Below the pieces are notes generated by a model. It was given only the letters and a program-made list of their open reading frames with translations. It ran no database searches and had not been told where the DNA came from. The translations under genes were made by a program, and so were the position numbers. Shown here in pieces: positions 53,448 through 64,000 of a stretch of DNA of 64,000 nt. Position 1 is the stretch's first letter, and each line of letters begins with the position of its first letter. This DNA comes from Dicyema japonicum (Eukaryota; Animalia; Dicyemida): assembly GCA_011109175.1 (NCBI GenBank), contig RDEW01000009.1, forward strand, positions 640,875 to 704,874, read 5' to 3'.

Positions 53448-55990
53448 ATGAACAAATTTGTAGGAAATTATTATTTACAAATTCAAGTTGATAGACTTAT
53501 TTTTGTAGACAAAAAATTTTCCGGGTAGTTGGTTTCATAACTAATAGTCACTATGCGTTTTGTGTTGAGATTACAAACTCCCCATTGTCGTCATTCGACT
53601 GGCACTCCTCATTTGGATTCATGTTTATGTATTTATGATGATTTAATTGTAGTGATTACTACAGATATTTCTAAAGCCTACTCTAACACATTGTATTGTG
53701 GTAAATTGTATCGGGATTTTCCGAGATACCAGTTTTCTCCAATTTCCCTGAATATTTCAATTCCAACTTCATCTATGGAGGTGCCCTCGTAGTCTAAGTT
53801 GTAGATGAACAGGATTGTATTAGAATTTAAATTGAGCCTGCTGTATTCCCAAAATGATGAAACCAACATAAAAAACGTCCATAACGAAATATATAGCAGA
53901 TTTTTTATTGTGGACCAACCCATTGATGAGCCACTGTATGATCGAAGATTAATCATATTTCCGGACTATAATATTATGATTGCTGCTGATATGATTATAC
54001 ACGCAGCATTTCTCGGGATAACTCCCGTCCATTTACTTATATTCATGTTTAGTGCCCCAGTTGACTATTTATTCGACAGACATGAAATTTCATACGGAAG
54101 AATGATTAAGCAAATATTATCGTCATACTGTGCACTGAGTGTGTTGCTAAGGAACGTTCTCTATTCTGATAATCTTAATGATGATGCTTCTTCCATTGGT
54201 GATGGGATTTATGATATTGTAGTTATCGGGGACAAGGTTTTGAAGGCTAACAAAATCATCTCAAAGTTGCAGGTAAGATAATATATTGCATATTCAGGTC
54301 GATAATCCTGAGGAGTCATATTCTCTGATAATAAATTATTCCTCGTATTATTTGGCTATGAGTTATTCACGGTGGAGACATTTGCTGTCACTCACTAGTG
54401 ACAATTGTCGGCGATATTTGAATGAGAAAGCCCACCATAAAAGAGTTTAATGACATTTAACTTGATTAGATGGAATGGCTTATTGAGGACTGTTTTCTGC
54501 AAATTAGGTATGACTATTAATTATCACAGATCCTTTGAGGAATTAACTCAGGGGACAAACTCATTGCATTTGCTGGTAGAACACGTTAAACTGATAAATA
54601 AGCCACCACTTTCATGTTTAGATATTGATTTGATACCAAATATGATTATACTTGAAGAAATATTCATCCCTAGTGGTATTAGGTGTGTTTTAATGCCACA
54701 GAACTATCAGAGAAATTTAACCGAGTCTATCAACCCATTGTTAATCATTGGCAAACTGGTGAAGAACCTGTTAAAAGAAGCATTTGTAACTTCCTGTCAT
54801 TATCTCCAACCGTATCAAACTCAAGTATCCTAGCACACGTGACCTCATTATCCCCACCTGATAGTAAAGAACTACTTGAGGAGTGCAACAGTATATGATT
54901 GAAGCTTATGTTAGTTTTGCTGAGTTGTCACTTACCAAAAATACTTCCATTTGAAAAACAAAACTACAAAGACGTTGATTTCGCTCCTTTTGAATCCATG
55001 TTTCATGGATTTTCATACAAAGCTGCTTGTGTACCAGCATCATTAGTGGATAAAACCTTCTATTCTGGAACATCAGGCACATTTAGTTGTAGCTATCCAT
55101 GGACTGGAAGGTTTTCTTATTTATGATTACAGGATCATGGATGGACATGTCATATTTGCGTGCATATATAGAACTAACCGGAAATAAGGCAGAAAAGGGT
55201 TCATTAGTCTTTCTACCTTGTCGGAGTATCGGTGGAGTAATTTAACTGCTTAATTGTAGGAAGTGAGCTTTATGGATATGGAATTAATAGCCGCGAAAGT
55301 TTGTGACGAAATATTATTTTTTATACAAACCAATCGATTATCCCCATCTCGAATTTCGTTTATTGGTCACTCAATGGGAGCTATAATTGCGAGAATTGTT
55401 GTTGTTCTTCCTTCATTTAGCCACATCTCCCATCTGCTTTACACTTATATATCATTTGCTGGTCCTCATTTGGGAGTCATTCCTCATACTAGTTGGATTG
55501 TGAGCACAGGTTGGTTCATAATTTATTTCAGGCCTCAATTTTATCCAAAGGTTTAAGAAGTCAAAGGCTATATATCAAATGCAGTTAAGAGATGATCCAA
55601 ATCCACGCAAATGCTTGATGTATCGTCTCAGCAATCAACAGGGACTTGCTATGTTCAGATCTGTCATCCTTGTGGCTATCCCTCAGGACAAGTATGTTCC
55701 ACTCCATTCTGCCAGACTTGATCCTCTTCCGTCCAATCTCGCGTCATCTCGTTTATGTAAGATTATTATCAATATCAGCCGGCATATATGAAGAAATGAT
55801 GAGAAATATTATCAACTCATTCACACTCGCATCAGGCCGATGTGTGTTGATACGCTATACTGCGTATAGTCAGGCTTTCGCTGGAGGTTCATTTCTTGAC
55901 TTGGGTCGTACTGCTCATATTGCTGGAGTCGATTGCGAATTATTCATTGAAAAACTTTTTGAAATATTTCTTAATAGATTTTTCAAATAA
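53448..55990 (+). CDS. FAM135A: FAM135 family protein (DUF676 lipase-like domain)
   Basis: C-terminal ISFIGHSMGAII, YISFAGPHLG, QDKYVPLHSAR, GRTAHIAGVDCELFIEK; N-terminus from the ATG at 53448 with a 23-nt intron. Confidence 0.88.
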
Positions 55991-56059
55991 ATTAATTTTT
56001 TTATTTACAATTAATTAATTCAGGGACTTTTAATATGATAAAAAGTTTAAAATATTATT

Positions 56060-56150
56060 ACAGTTAATAATGATGCTGGTTATTTGAGCGAATCTCTCTC
56101 GCCATCCCGAGAGGGAATAGCCACACAGTCAGGGCGGCCGCTGTTGACCT
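56060..56150 (+). mobile_element. CRE-clade extreme 3' end
   Basis: LFERISLAIPRGNSHTV* (QRISxAIQRGN-type motif). Confidence 0.6.
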
Positions 56151-56269
56151 TTTAAAACCCTTGCTGCCATCAAAAGTATAAAAATGATAAAAAAATTTGG
56201 GAAATTTAGTAAATATTTATAAGTATTTTTCCACGTGTCCGACAATAATCGGGTAAAAATTTATAATTT

Positions 56270-56700
56270 TTACAGTTTAATTTGTTAACCCCGGAACCAC
56301 AAGAAAGAGAATAAGAGTTATTTTCAAAATTAAGTGACCCCGGTGTCCATACCAAGTTTCCACTCAGAATCCTAGATTAATTTCCACAAAGGGAAAGGTT
56401 TCTTCTATCTTGTCAGGCTTTTAGATACATTCTGAATTATGTACAAGGGAATGTTCATGAGACTCGCCCATTTTGAGGAAGTCTTGCTGGTATTCCATGA
56501 GGTATTCCATGAATGACGCGTTCAGCGTTTTCCGTAGCAGTGATATGTGAGTCAGCTCAATAATATTCTGTAACACAAAATAAATTTTAGTGTAAGCTAT
56601 ATCAAGTTTTCACTGTCTGAGTGATACATACATCTATCCATATCCGCCATTGCGGGAACAGACTGGCGAACGCTCTGTCTCGCCTCAGTTCTACCGAGAA
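56270..56700 (-). mobile_element. LINE 3' end
   Basis: Minus strand ends GACACCGGGGTCACTTAA...CCGGGGTTAACAAATTAAA. Confidence 0.55.
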
Positions 56701-57059
56701 AGCTCGTAGTACCTACAAAGGTCCTGTAATTTTCTACAATAAGTTTTTGTCACTGAGGGACAAAGCTCTCCTCGTTGACGAACTGGATGTTGTTTCGTCG
56801 TTTGGGTCAGCAATCAAAAGTTGAAGACGTCACAATGAAGTATTCTGGAGTTATCTCAAAGTCATACCTTTCTGGGTCGCAGATTATGATTTACTTCACT
56901 ATACTAAGTGAAGATAACCTGACCACTAGGAAAATTGATCGTTTTGCGAAAGAAGGGAGAAAGCTCCCTGTTGCAAAGATGGCTATCAGTTAGAATGCGT
57001 AAGCAACGTCCCTCATATGCTTGGGACTTGAGATTGGACAAAACAATATTTTTGCTAAT

Positions 57060-57500
57060 GGTTAAAAAACCTGTTGTACGATTCTATAATTCCCAGAACT
57101 TTGAAAATACGTGCAGAAATGTGTATTTTCTTTAATAACGGGACTCGACAGTGCCTTTGATTATTGATACCTTCACTGCGCAGTGTAGAAGTAATTGTAC
57201 GAAGGGACACTGATGTTCCTGTAATATCAAAATCATCAGCCAATTCTTTTCGAGTAATTCTTGGTTTTGTACAAACTATTCTTTTTATTAATGAGCAACA
57301 ACGTTGAGATATTTTCTCTGAACACGTGATCTTGGTCGATTAATAACAGTTCTGTGTTAATTCCATCGGGTAATAGTATTCCGAACAGTACTTTTTGGCA
57401 ATGTCAACAATTTAGAAATCTTTCCATAACTTTTACCTCTTTGGTGGGTCGTTACAACTTGTTGTTTTAGGTCCAAAAATTCTCTTTCCTCACCGACATG
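57060..57500 (-). mobile_element. Tc1-like transposase N-terminal HTH fragment
   Basis: RGKSYGKISKLLTLPKSTVRN and TSVSLRTITSTLRSEG...RVPLLKK. Confidence 0.75.
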
Positions 57501-57679
57501 ATAATTTTAATAACGGGCAAAAAATGAAAGTATAAATGTATTAATCAGAATCTATTAATCAACTATATTACAAAAACTGTTAATCAATCATTTCAACGAA
57601 AAAACGAGGTACCAAAAAATGATCATTGATATCTTATTGAAAGAGAATTTATTTTTAAAATTATAAATAATTAGGACGA

Positions 57680-57965
57680 CAAATGGCCAAGGCGTTCCCT
57701 CTGATAATCGTCATTTCGAGCCTCTGCCTCAACCAGAGTCCCTCCCGTGGCTCACGCCTTTTTGAGACGAGTTTGCTTCCAATGCTGGAGAGAAAGGCGT
57801 CCGTCTTCGCTCTTACGGTTCCAGTTGTCTCCACAGCAATGGGGGTAAAATGGTATTGGTCTCCGAGGGATTTGTATTTACGGATCTTCTTGGCCTCCGT
57901 CTGGTCGGCTGCGTCTCCAGGAGAGTGCGTCGCCGTCAGCGATCTGGCCCCTGAGAAGGTGTCAT
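57680..57965 (-). mobile_element. CRE-clade restriction-like endonuclease 3' end
   Basis: Minus strand EAKKIRKYKSLGDQYHFTPIAVETTG...LRQRLEMTIIRGNALAI*. Confidence 0.8.
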
Positions 57966-58179
57966 ATCTTATTGTCGAAAAAATCCATATTTCTTGGATA
58001 GTGACTTATTTGCCCCACTGTTTATTGTTTTATAGCAAACTCTTAATAATCTGACACTGGGGTATAGGAGACAGAGCCCGGAGATACCATATGGTCAGAG
58101 GGCTCAATTGGACAAAGCGCTCTCGGAGCTGTTTCAGTAACCAGAATCGAACCTGCCGGAGGAGGCTGGAGAACAGCAG

Positions 58180-58420
58180 GTGATATCTTAGACCATTCTT
58201 TTCTGCAAATTGCTTTTTAATCAGAAATATTCGTTGGATTTCGTATTCCGATATTAGTCTTCAATTTTTTCCATATATTTTCTATAGGAATGAGGTCCGG
58301 TGATTGACTTGGCATTTAAGTATATTTATATTGTGATCTTCAATCCATTTTCTAGTCATTTTTGAAGTATGTTTGGGTTATTATATTGGAAATACCCATT
58401 CATTATTTAAAACCAAGAAT
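58180..58420 (-). mobile_element. Tc1-like transposase catalytic C-terminal fragment
   Basis: KHTSKMTRKWI...PSQSPDLIPIENIWKKLK. Confidence 0.8.
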
Positions 58421-58516
58421 CATGTACAAAATAAAGTTATTTATTTACTTTTTCGTTTGATTAAATACAAATGAGTTTTAAAAGTATTTAAATAAAAAAT
58501 AGTTAGAATTAATTAA

Positions 58517-59854
58517 ATGATTGGCCCAATTTTTGTTGTTATCCTTTTACTTTTTAATTACTTTATTTCATTTTTATTATTTTTATTTATTTATTAACCC
58601 CGGATACACCGAGAAAGAAGTTAAAGTAAACAACTAATTAAGTGTATCCAGTTTCCACTTCTACAGAAACAGAGTCCATCCGGAATCAGCATAAAGGGTA
58701 AGACGTTCATTACATGCAGTTGTGGAAACCCCTCCAGTGGAGTGGGGAAGAGCAAATGATTTTTTTTCGTGCTGGCCTGGCACAATTATCCCTTTAAAAA
58801 TGATGATTATTATGGAATCGAATGGAATATTTTTATAGGAAAATACAGTTAAATTAATTTTCACTTTTTACCGATAAATAATATTCTGATTTAGAACTCG
58901 CAGTTAGAGAAGCTATTTTCATTGAAAAATTAAGATTTATTGAAACCCACAATTTACTCTTCAAGCGAGGAAAATTTATGTATGATTGGAATTAATCAGT
59001 TTGCAGACATGGTTAATTTATAAAATATTTTTGTAGACAAAAATAGAAATTAGCAAACCAAACAAATTCAATAATTATTATGATACACTCGACGAAGAAT
59101 TATTTGAAGATTATACAGTGGGAGAAAATGAAAAAAATACCCTAAATCTTTAAATTGGGTAAAACGAAATTGTGTAGCTGGGATAAATAAACAAGGAGGT
59201 TCTTGTGGTTCATGCTATGCCTTTGGAGCAGTTAACGATTGTTTAATGCATTTAGTTAGCTACATTGGAGTCACATTTGGCAATCAAACACAATATACTT
59301 ATATCTATGAGCGAAGAAGATATAATTGATTGTTCAAATAACCATGGGTGTTCTGGAGAAAATGGCCAAAAAGTGTACGAGTATGTTAAAAAACCGAGGA
59401 ATTAATTTTGGAAAACGATATCCATATAAAGGAAAGGTATTTTTTACAAATTATATATAGAAGGGTATATGCAAATATAAGGGTCAATCGGATATTAAAT
59501 TTAATTTGACTGGATATAGAATTCTTAAAAATGGTGATGAAAATACGCTTTTGCGAGTTCTTGTGAATTATGGTCCTGTTACTGTTGCTATAATGGCTCC
59601 TAAGAGCTTTTGCAATTATCAGCGAGGTAGATACAAATGAAACTTTTTAGGATATTTAGTTACAAAGATTATTCGAATTCTAAAAATAACCATTTGATTT
59701 CGGTTGTAGGTTATGGGATTACAAATGGAACAAAGTATTGGCTCTTAAAGAATGGATGGAAAAAAAGATGGGAATGTCTGGCTACATTAAATTGGAACGC
59801 GAAATGAATAACAGCGGAATTCCTCGCCAAGGAATTTTTCCAATAATCGAATAA
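58517..59854 (+). pseudogene. Cathepsin L-like cysteine protease, disrupted
   Basis: Signal MIGPIFVVILLLF; prodomain REAIFIEKLRFIETHN and GINQFAD; QGGSCGSCYAF, NHLISVVGYG, YWLLKNGW. Retroelement in exon 1, CCG in place of CAG at the first acceptor, and an in-frame TAA. Confidence 0.8.
58561..58783 (-). mobile_element. 5'-truncated family A copy with a 5-bp TSD
   Basis: Reverse complement matches 23117-23310; AATTA at 58556-58560 and 58784-58788. Confidence 0.88.
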
Positions 59855-59949
59855 TTTCATCGTTTAATTAAATACTTTTGGTTTAAGGGTAAGAATGTTT
59901 TCACTAATTTATTAGTTTTTTTTAGTTTACTTATATTTTTCAACGGAAG

Positions 59950-60664
59950 AAGGTTTTGCTTATTATTTTACTATAAAAAATTTCTTAACTATTCTGACCA
60001 TCAGTTCTCTCAAAATATGTAGAAATATGACTCTAGACTTGCCTTTTATCCATTTGACCAGTTGAATTGAGTTTTTTACCGATAGACTCGAAAATGGGTT
60101 TCTCTCACAAATTATATCGACTTGAATACTATATATCGGATTCAGTAATCTGGAAAAACTATTTTTCGTCCCCAAAGTCATCGAGTAACACAGAAAATAG
60201 AAAAGATAACATTGTAATGTCGTCGAATTAGATTCTACGCGAATGAGATACTCAAAAATATCCCGAAAGGACTATATAGTTGGTCTTATAGCCAATAATA
60301 AGTTTGCTTCCGGCACAAACTCCGCTCTCGATCGAACTAACGAATTCTTCTCTATTCGGCCATCCCAAAAAGGCTTGAAAGGACGAAAGATTATCGTGAA
60401 TTACAACTGTGTTTTGCTATTTTCCTCTGTGGGCTTAATTACGCATCATTCCAGCACTGAAAAGATATGGTTGAACTTTTATGCATGTTTGAAGACTTGA
60501 TTGAGCATCATAAGGGACATTTTAGTCAGTTTCTTAGTGCCTTGTATTTTGAGTTAAAGGAAATTCCCGAGGATTTGTTTGTTTACATGATACGGGGAGA
60601 AAATTTCATTTATTTGGGTATCAGTAAACTGGTCGTTAATGTCATGGATTCAAACTATCCTTAA
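59950..60664 (+). CDS. AAR2: AAR2-like U5 snRNP assembly factor (5' end unresolved; internal TGA)
   Basis: ELQLCFAIFLCGLNYASFQH*KDMVELLC...LYFELKEIPEDLFVYMIRGENF resembles the AAR2 C-terminal domain; TGA at 60458-60460 sits at a conserved Trp position. Confidence 0.6.
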
Positions 60665-60719
60665 CATTAAAGAAAACTATGTAAATAAACGTTTTTTGTA
60701 CTCAGACTTTTTCCTGCGA

Positions 60720-62345
60720 TTTTGATAAGATTGACGATGAGGATTTCCCATAGTTGTTAATAAAAAAAATAAGAATGATGTAGTCGGTTGTATTGAGGAG
60801 CAAAAGAACTTAAGTTCCAAATTAAGGAAATTAGGGATACTCGAAAAGCAACACCCAAAATTCAGAGGAAGTATGTCAGAGTTAATATCTTGTCAGGACT
60901 AAATTCTGCGATTTATTTTATTACGAAAGATGACCCTCTTCAAGATATTAATGAGATAACCGATATTATTTTTGCAGCACAGTGTGCATATATGGATGGC
61001 TTTAACTGCGAAGGTAAGTGGTTGGAGAACGCTGAGAAAAAATCTCAAAGCTGTCGGCAGAACTAGAACTTGTCAATCGTTTTTCCAGACAGGTTCTCCC
61101 ATGTTTGATAGACAAAAGGTTATGGATGTTTTTTGTTCCTATGGATACAAAAGGGCCAAAAGGGGGATCTTGCCAAGAGTGAAGCTTTACTATGTGACCT
61201 GGTCAGAATTAAGAAGAAGCAAATAACTGTACATTATTCGAGGGAGGACTTACGTAAAGACAACTGCTTTTTTGAATTAAATCGAAGAAGATTAATCGAC
61301 GAAGAGCCGGGTGGCATAGTGGTTAGGTGTCGGGCTAAAGTGACTTAGGTTATAGGTTCGATTCTCGCTGCTGTTCACCTGGTGGAAGGTTCCACGCATC
61401 TACGATGCTAAAAGGGTTTGACGAATGACACCGTCATCAGTGGATACTCACTGCGGAACTGGATTGTCTAGAATGGACCCACACACAAGAAAAAGAAAAA
61501 AGAAGTGAAGATCATTCCTTGGTTTTCTTTACTTAAATAAAGTGTGTGTCCTGCTTATGCGGAGCTATAAATATTATGGCTCTCGTGAAAAGGCTATTAT
61601 TATTATTATTAAGATTTTATCGGAACCTATCAGCAAGCAATGAAATAACGTTATATGGTTTCGATGATGAGGAATGTATGTCGTTCTGGGAACAAGCGTG
61701 GTCTGAAAGAAATGAGATACTCGTGTCATATGACAGTGTTGGTAAAGTAAATACTGGTATAGAGGGCATGTTGCTAGAGTTCACAAATGAATTTATTAAA
61801 TGGCTCCCCGATTGGAAGGCGTGCGGATGCGATGGGTCATACAATTTCTTGATTAAGAAAATGGAATCTTTACATGGCATAATGCGGTTAATCGATTTAT
61901 TAATGTATGCCTAAAATTTGGTTTTATGCTAAAATAACCTATTTAATTCCTAAAAAGGATGATTGTGAGACTCCTAGAGACTTACGTCCTGTGTATGCCA
62001 ACATTATATAAACTTGTTACCAAATGTGTTAATTCCAAACACTCAGATTTTGTGGATTCTTTTGGTCTATTATCTGACAATCAGCTGAGGACGAGGAAAC
62101 ATTGTCAGGGCGCTAAAGAACAGGCCCTTATTAATGAATGCTAAAATAAGGAATATGGAAACGCCCTTTATTCTGCTTGGGTTGATGTGAAGAAGGCCTT
62201 TGATTCTGTTGACCATGAATTTTTAATTCATGTATTGGACTGTTCAGGAAAACCTCGTTGGAATGTTAACTTTGTAGAGACCATAGTCAAGAAGTGGACT
62301 GTAGATCTCTACTTAGATGGAAGAAGAATTGGTTCTGTAAACGTG
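60720..62345 (+). mobile_element. R4/NeSL-like RLE-type retrotransposon, N-terminus and RT (degenerate)
   Basis: FELNRRRFYRNL (after removing the SINE), IKWLPDWKACGCDG, CMPTLYKLVTK, QGAKEQALIN, WVDVKKAFDSVDH. Confidence 0.8.
61294..61610 (+). mobile_element. tRNA-derived SINE inserted in the R4-like element
   Basis: A and B boxes at ~61310-61360, (TAT)n tail, AAGATT at 61288-61293 and 61611-61616. Confidence 0.88.
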
Positions 62346-62349
62346 GGAC

Positions 62350-62620
62350 GTGTATTTTCGCGTGCATGTGGTCTAGCTTCTGCGATGGGTCTGTCGCAAG
62401 CTTCGACAAACGACGCTGAGTCTTTTCTGGGACCTCTACAGCCAGGATTTATTAGGCATGTGTTCTCAATTCGGTTAACCGACTGCTATACTGTTATGCT
62501 GATTTTTCAGCCCGCATTTGTTGTGCATGTATCCTCAATTGCATTAAACGATCACTGTGTTGCTTCATAGTTTCATTTAATCGGGCATTTTTCATTGCAA
62601 TTCTCATTTTTTGAGTGCGA
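62350..62620 (-). other. Possible Helitron-type STPR-like repeat fragment
   Basis: Minus strand QHSDRLMQLRIHAQQMRAE..QYSSRLTELRTHA, a ~23-aa periodic motif. Confidence 0.3.
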
Positions 62621-62679
62621 TCTGTAAAAATAATTTTCTTTTTCCAAAAGGCATCACAAAAAAATTAAATTAATAGCAT

Positions 62680-63060
62680 CTAATGCCGAGTATGAGTGGA
62701 CAAACGAGCATTGAATCGCTGGAAGATGAGACTCCATCCACCCCGATGGATTCTCCTGAATCTCCTTTTCGCAGAGTTGACAACCGTTGAGATCCACTTG
62801 ATCCTGTCACCTGATCGAATCTCAGTGATTAATGCTTTGAGGGACAGCAGATGAGTAGGAACATTTCCCATAGAAGATCGTATGCTAGTTCCATTGGCAT
62901 CATGTAGTCCTGAAGACACACTTCTCACTTCTAATTGGTTTCTATCTTCAATATTCTCTGTAAGACAGCCTCCGGATTTGTTTGTAAACTGGTGAAAACA
63001 GATATACACACCAAAGTGTCGCGTCCCGCCCGGGTTACCCATCCAGTGCTGGTTACATTT
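62680..63060 (-). mobile_element. Possible Tc1/mariner-like remnant
   Basis: WSLIFQRFNAR resembles the FQQDNA motif; otherwise weak. Confidence 0.3.
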
Positions 63061-63171
63061 CACCTGTCAATCGACATATCACCTGTCATTCAATCAATAT
63101 TAATTTGTTTCTAATAAAAAATCAAAGAATTTATTTTTTTAAGTCTATATTTTCTTGACTCTAATCATGTT

Positions 63172-63280
63172 GAATATTTTCAATTCTCCTGATCCTACCT
63201 TATTCTGTGATAAAAAAATTAAATAGAATATTTTCAATTCTCCTGATCCTGCCTTATTCTGTGATAAAAAAATTAAATAA
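63172..63280. repeat. Tandem duplication, 2 copies of ~55 bp
   Basis: GAATATTTTCAATTCTCCTGATCCT.CCTTATTCTGTGATAAAAAAATTAAATA twice. Confidence 0.9.
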
Positions 63281-63399
63281 ACCTCTAATCGGTTGTTTAC
63301 AAAAAAAGTAATTTTACTTGGCTCTTCATATGGAAATTCAAATTTCTAAATTCCAATAAATTAAAAATATACCTATTGCAGATTTACTTTACAAATAGC

Positions 63400-63800
63400 A
63401 TATTTGCTGTAAACATCAATGACAGTAAGAATCCATTTATAGCCAACATTTGAATTATTAAATTGTCTAACATCTATGAGGTCTGCCTGGAATCGTTCAT
63501 TAGGTCTATTGGCAGTTTAAAGGAGTCTTCCGGACAAGCGCGCGTATAATATTCGACTTCTGCAGTTCTTTGGTGAGGACTGTCTTCGCATGTGAGTTAA
63601 AGTTCAATTGCCTATCGAACATTAGCCCAAGAATTGAAGGAGACCTTGTATTTGGACAGGACCAATAAAAATTCTTGGATCTTCTTTAGAACGACGGTCT
63701 GAAGTGAAAAGTGCACATATTCGGCAAAAAATCCATTAGTTGTAGAAGAGCAGATGTGTTTAGAAGGAATAAAATTTCAATGTTTTCAAAATATTTCGTT
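63400..63800 (-). mobile_element. Ingi-like RT C-terminal fragment
   Basis: FTSDRR...SPSILGLMFDRQLNFNSHAK. Confidence 0.6.
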
Positions 63801-64000
63801 AAAACGTGGCTTGAAGAACTTTTTTCCATAACATTTTAATTCATCGCTAAGATGAATGATGATAACATTAAAAAGTTCTGTTGTAATGTAAATTCATCTA
63901 CATTTTCAATAATTTCCCTTGCGCCTACGACGCTGGAATTCTTGAGTCGTCTAGGGAATCGGATTGCGGATTATGAAGTTTCGGTTAATTGAAGCCTGTT

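Noticed and set aside
57683-58054. Plus-strand 123-aa ORF
   Set aside because: It is a shadow of the minus-strand CRE endonuclease fragment.
60458-60460. UGA-to-Trp or ciliate-type genetic code
   Set aside because: Conserved Trp is TGG in Hippo, RPL10 and RALGAPA, and TAA, TAG and TGA all end genes in this window.
61305-61375. Functional tRNA gene
   Set aside because: There is no complete cloverleaf; the head continues into a conserved SINE body with a tail and TSD.

Overview
AT-rich eukaryotic (animal) genomic DNA, read by eye with no searches run. Host genes have tiny GT-AG introns (about 22-30 nt), which is consistent with a highly reduced parasitic animal such as a dicyemid; the taxon is an inference. 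Recognisable host genes: the 3' end of an FN3 type-I membrane protein, a Hippo/MST kinase with a SARAH-like tail, RPL10, WDR55, an intron-repeat mucin-like surface protein, RALGAPA, a synaptotagmin-like Rab effector, FAM135, a cathepsin-L-like pseudogene and an AAR2-like gene. They sit among nested, mostly decayed transposons: Ingi/Vingi-like, Jockey/I-like, RTE, R4/NeSL-like and CRE-like non-LTR retrotransposons, a tRNA-derived SINE, a Buster-type hAT and Tc1-like remnants. The main result is a covarying HDV-ribozyme-topology RNA motif in at least 8 copies. It marks the 5' ends of APE-first LINEs, one of which also carries a 2A-like peptide, and it recurs in short non-autonomous elements that share the LINE 3' end. 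This resembles the trypanosomatid L1Tc/NARTc and ingi/RIME architecture but has a non-canonical L3/P1.1. The second result is a recent ~570-bp duplication that places the promoter and exon 1 of the synaptotagmin-like gene in front of an RTE reverse transcriptase; a 33-nt GT-AG intron would join them in frame. Several conserved genes have single homopolymer frameshifts that look like sequencing errors. Transposon fragment boundaries are approximate.
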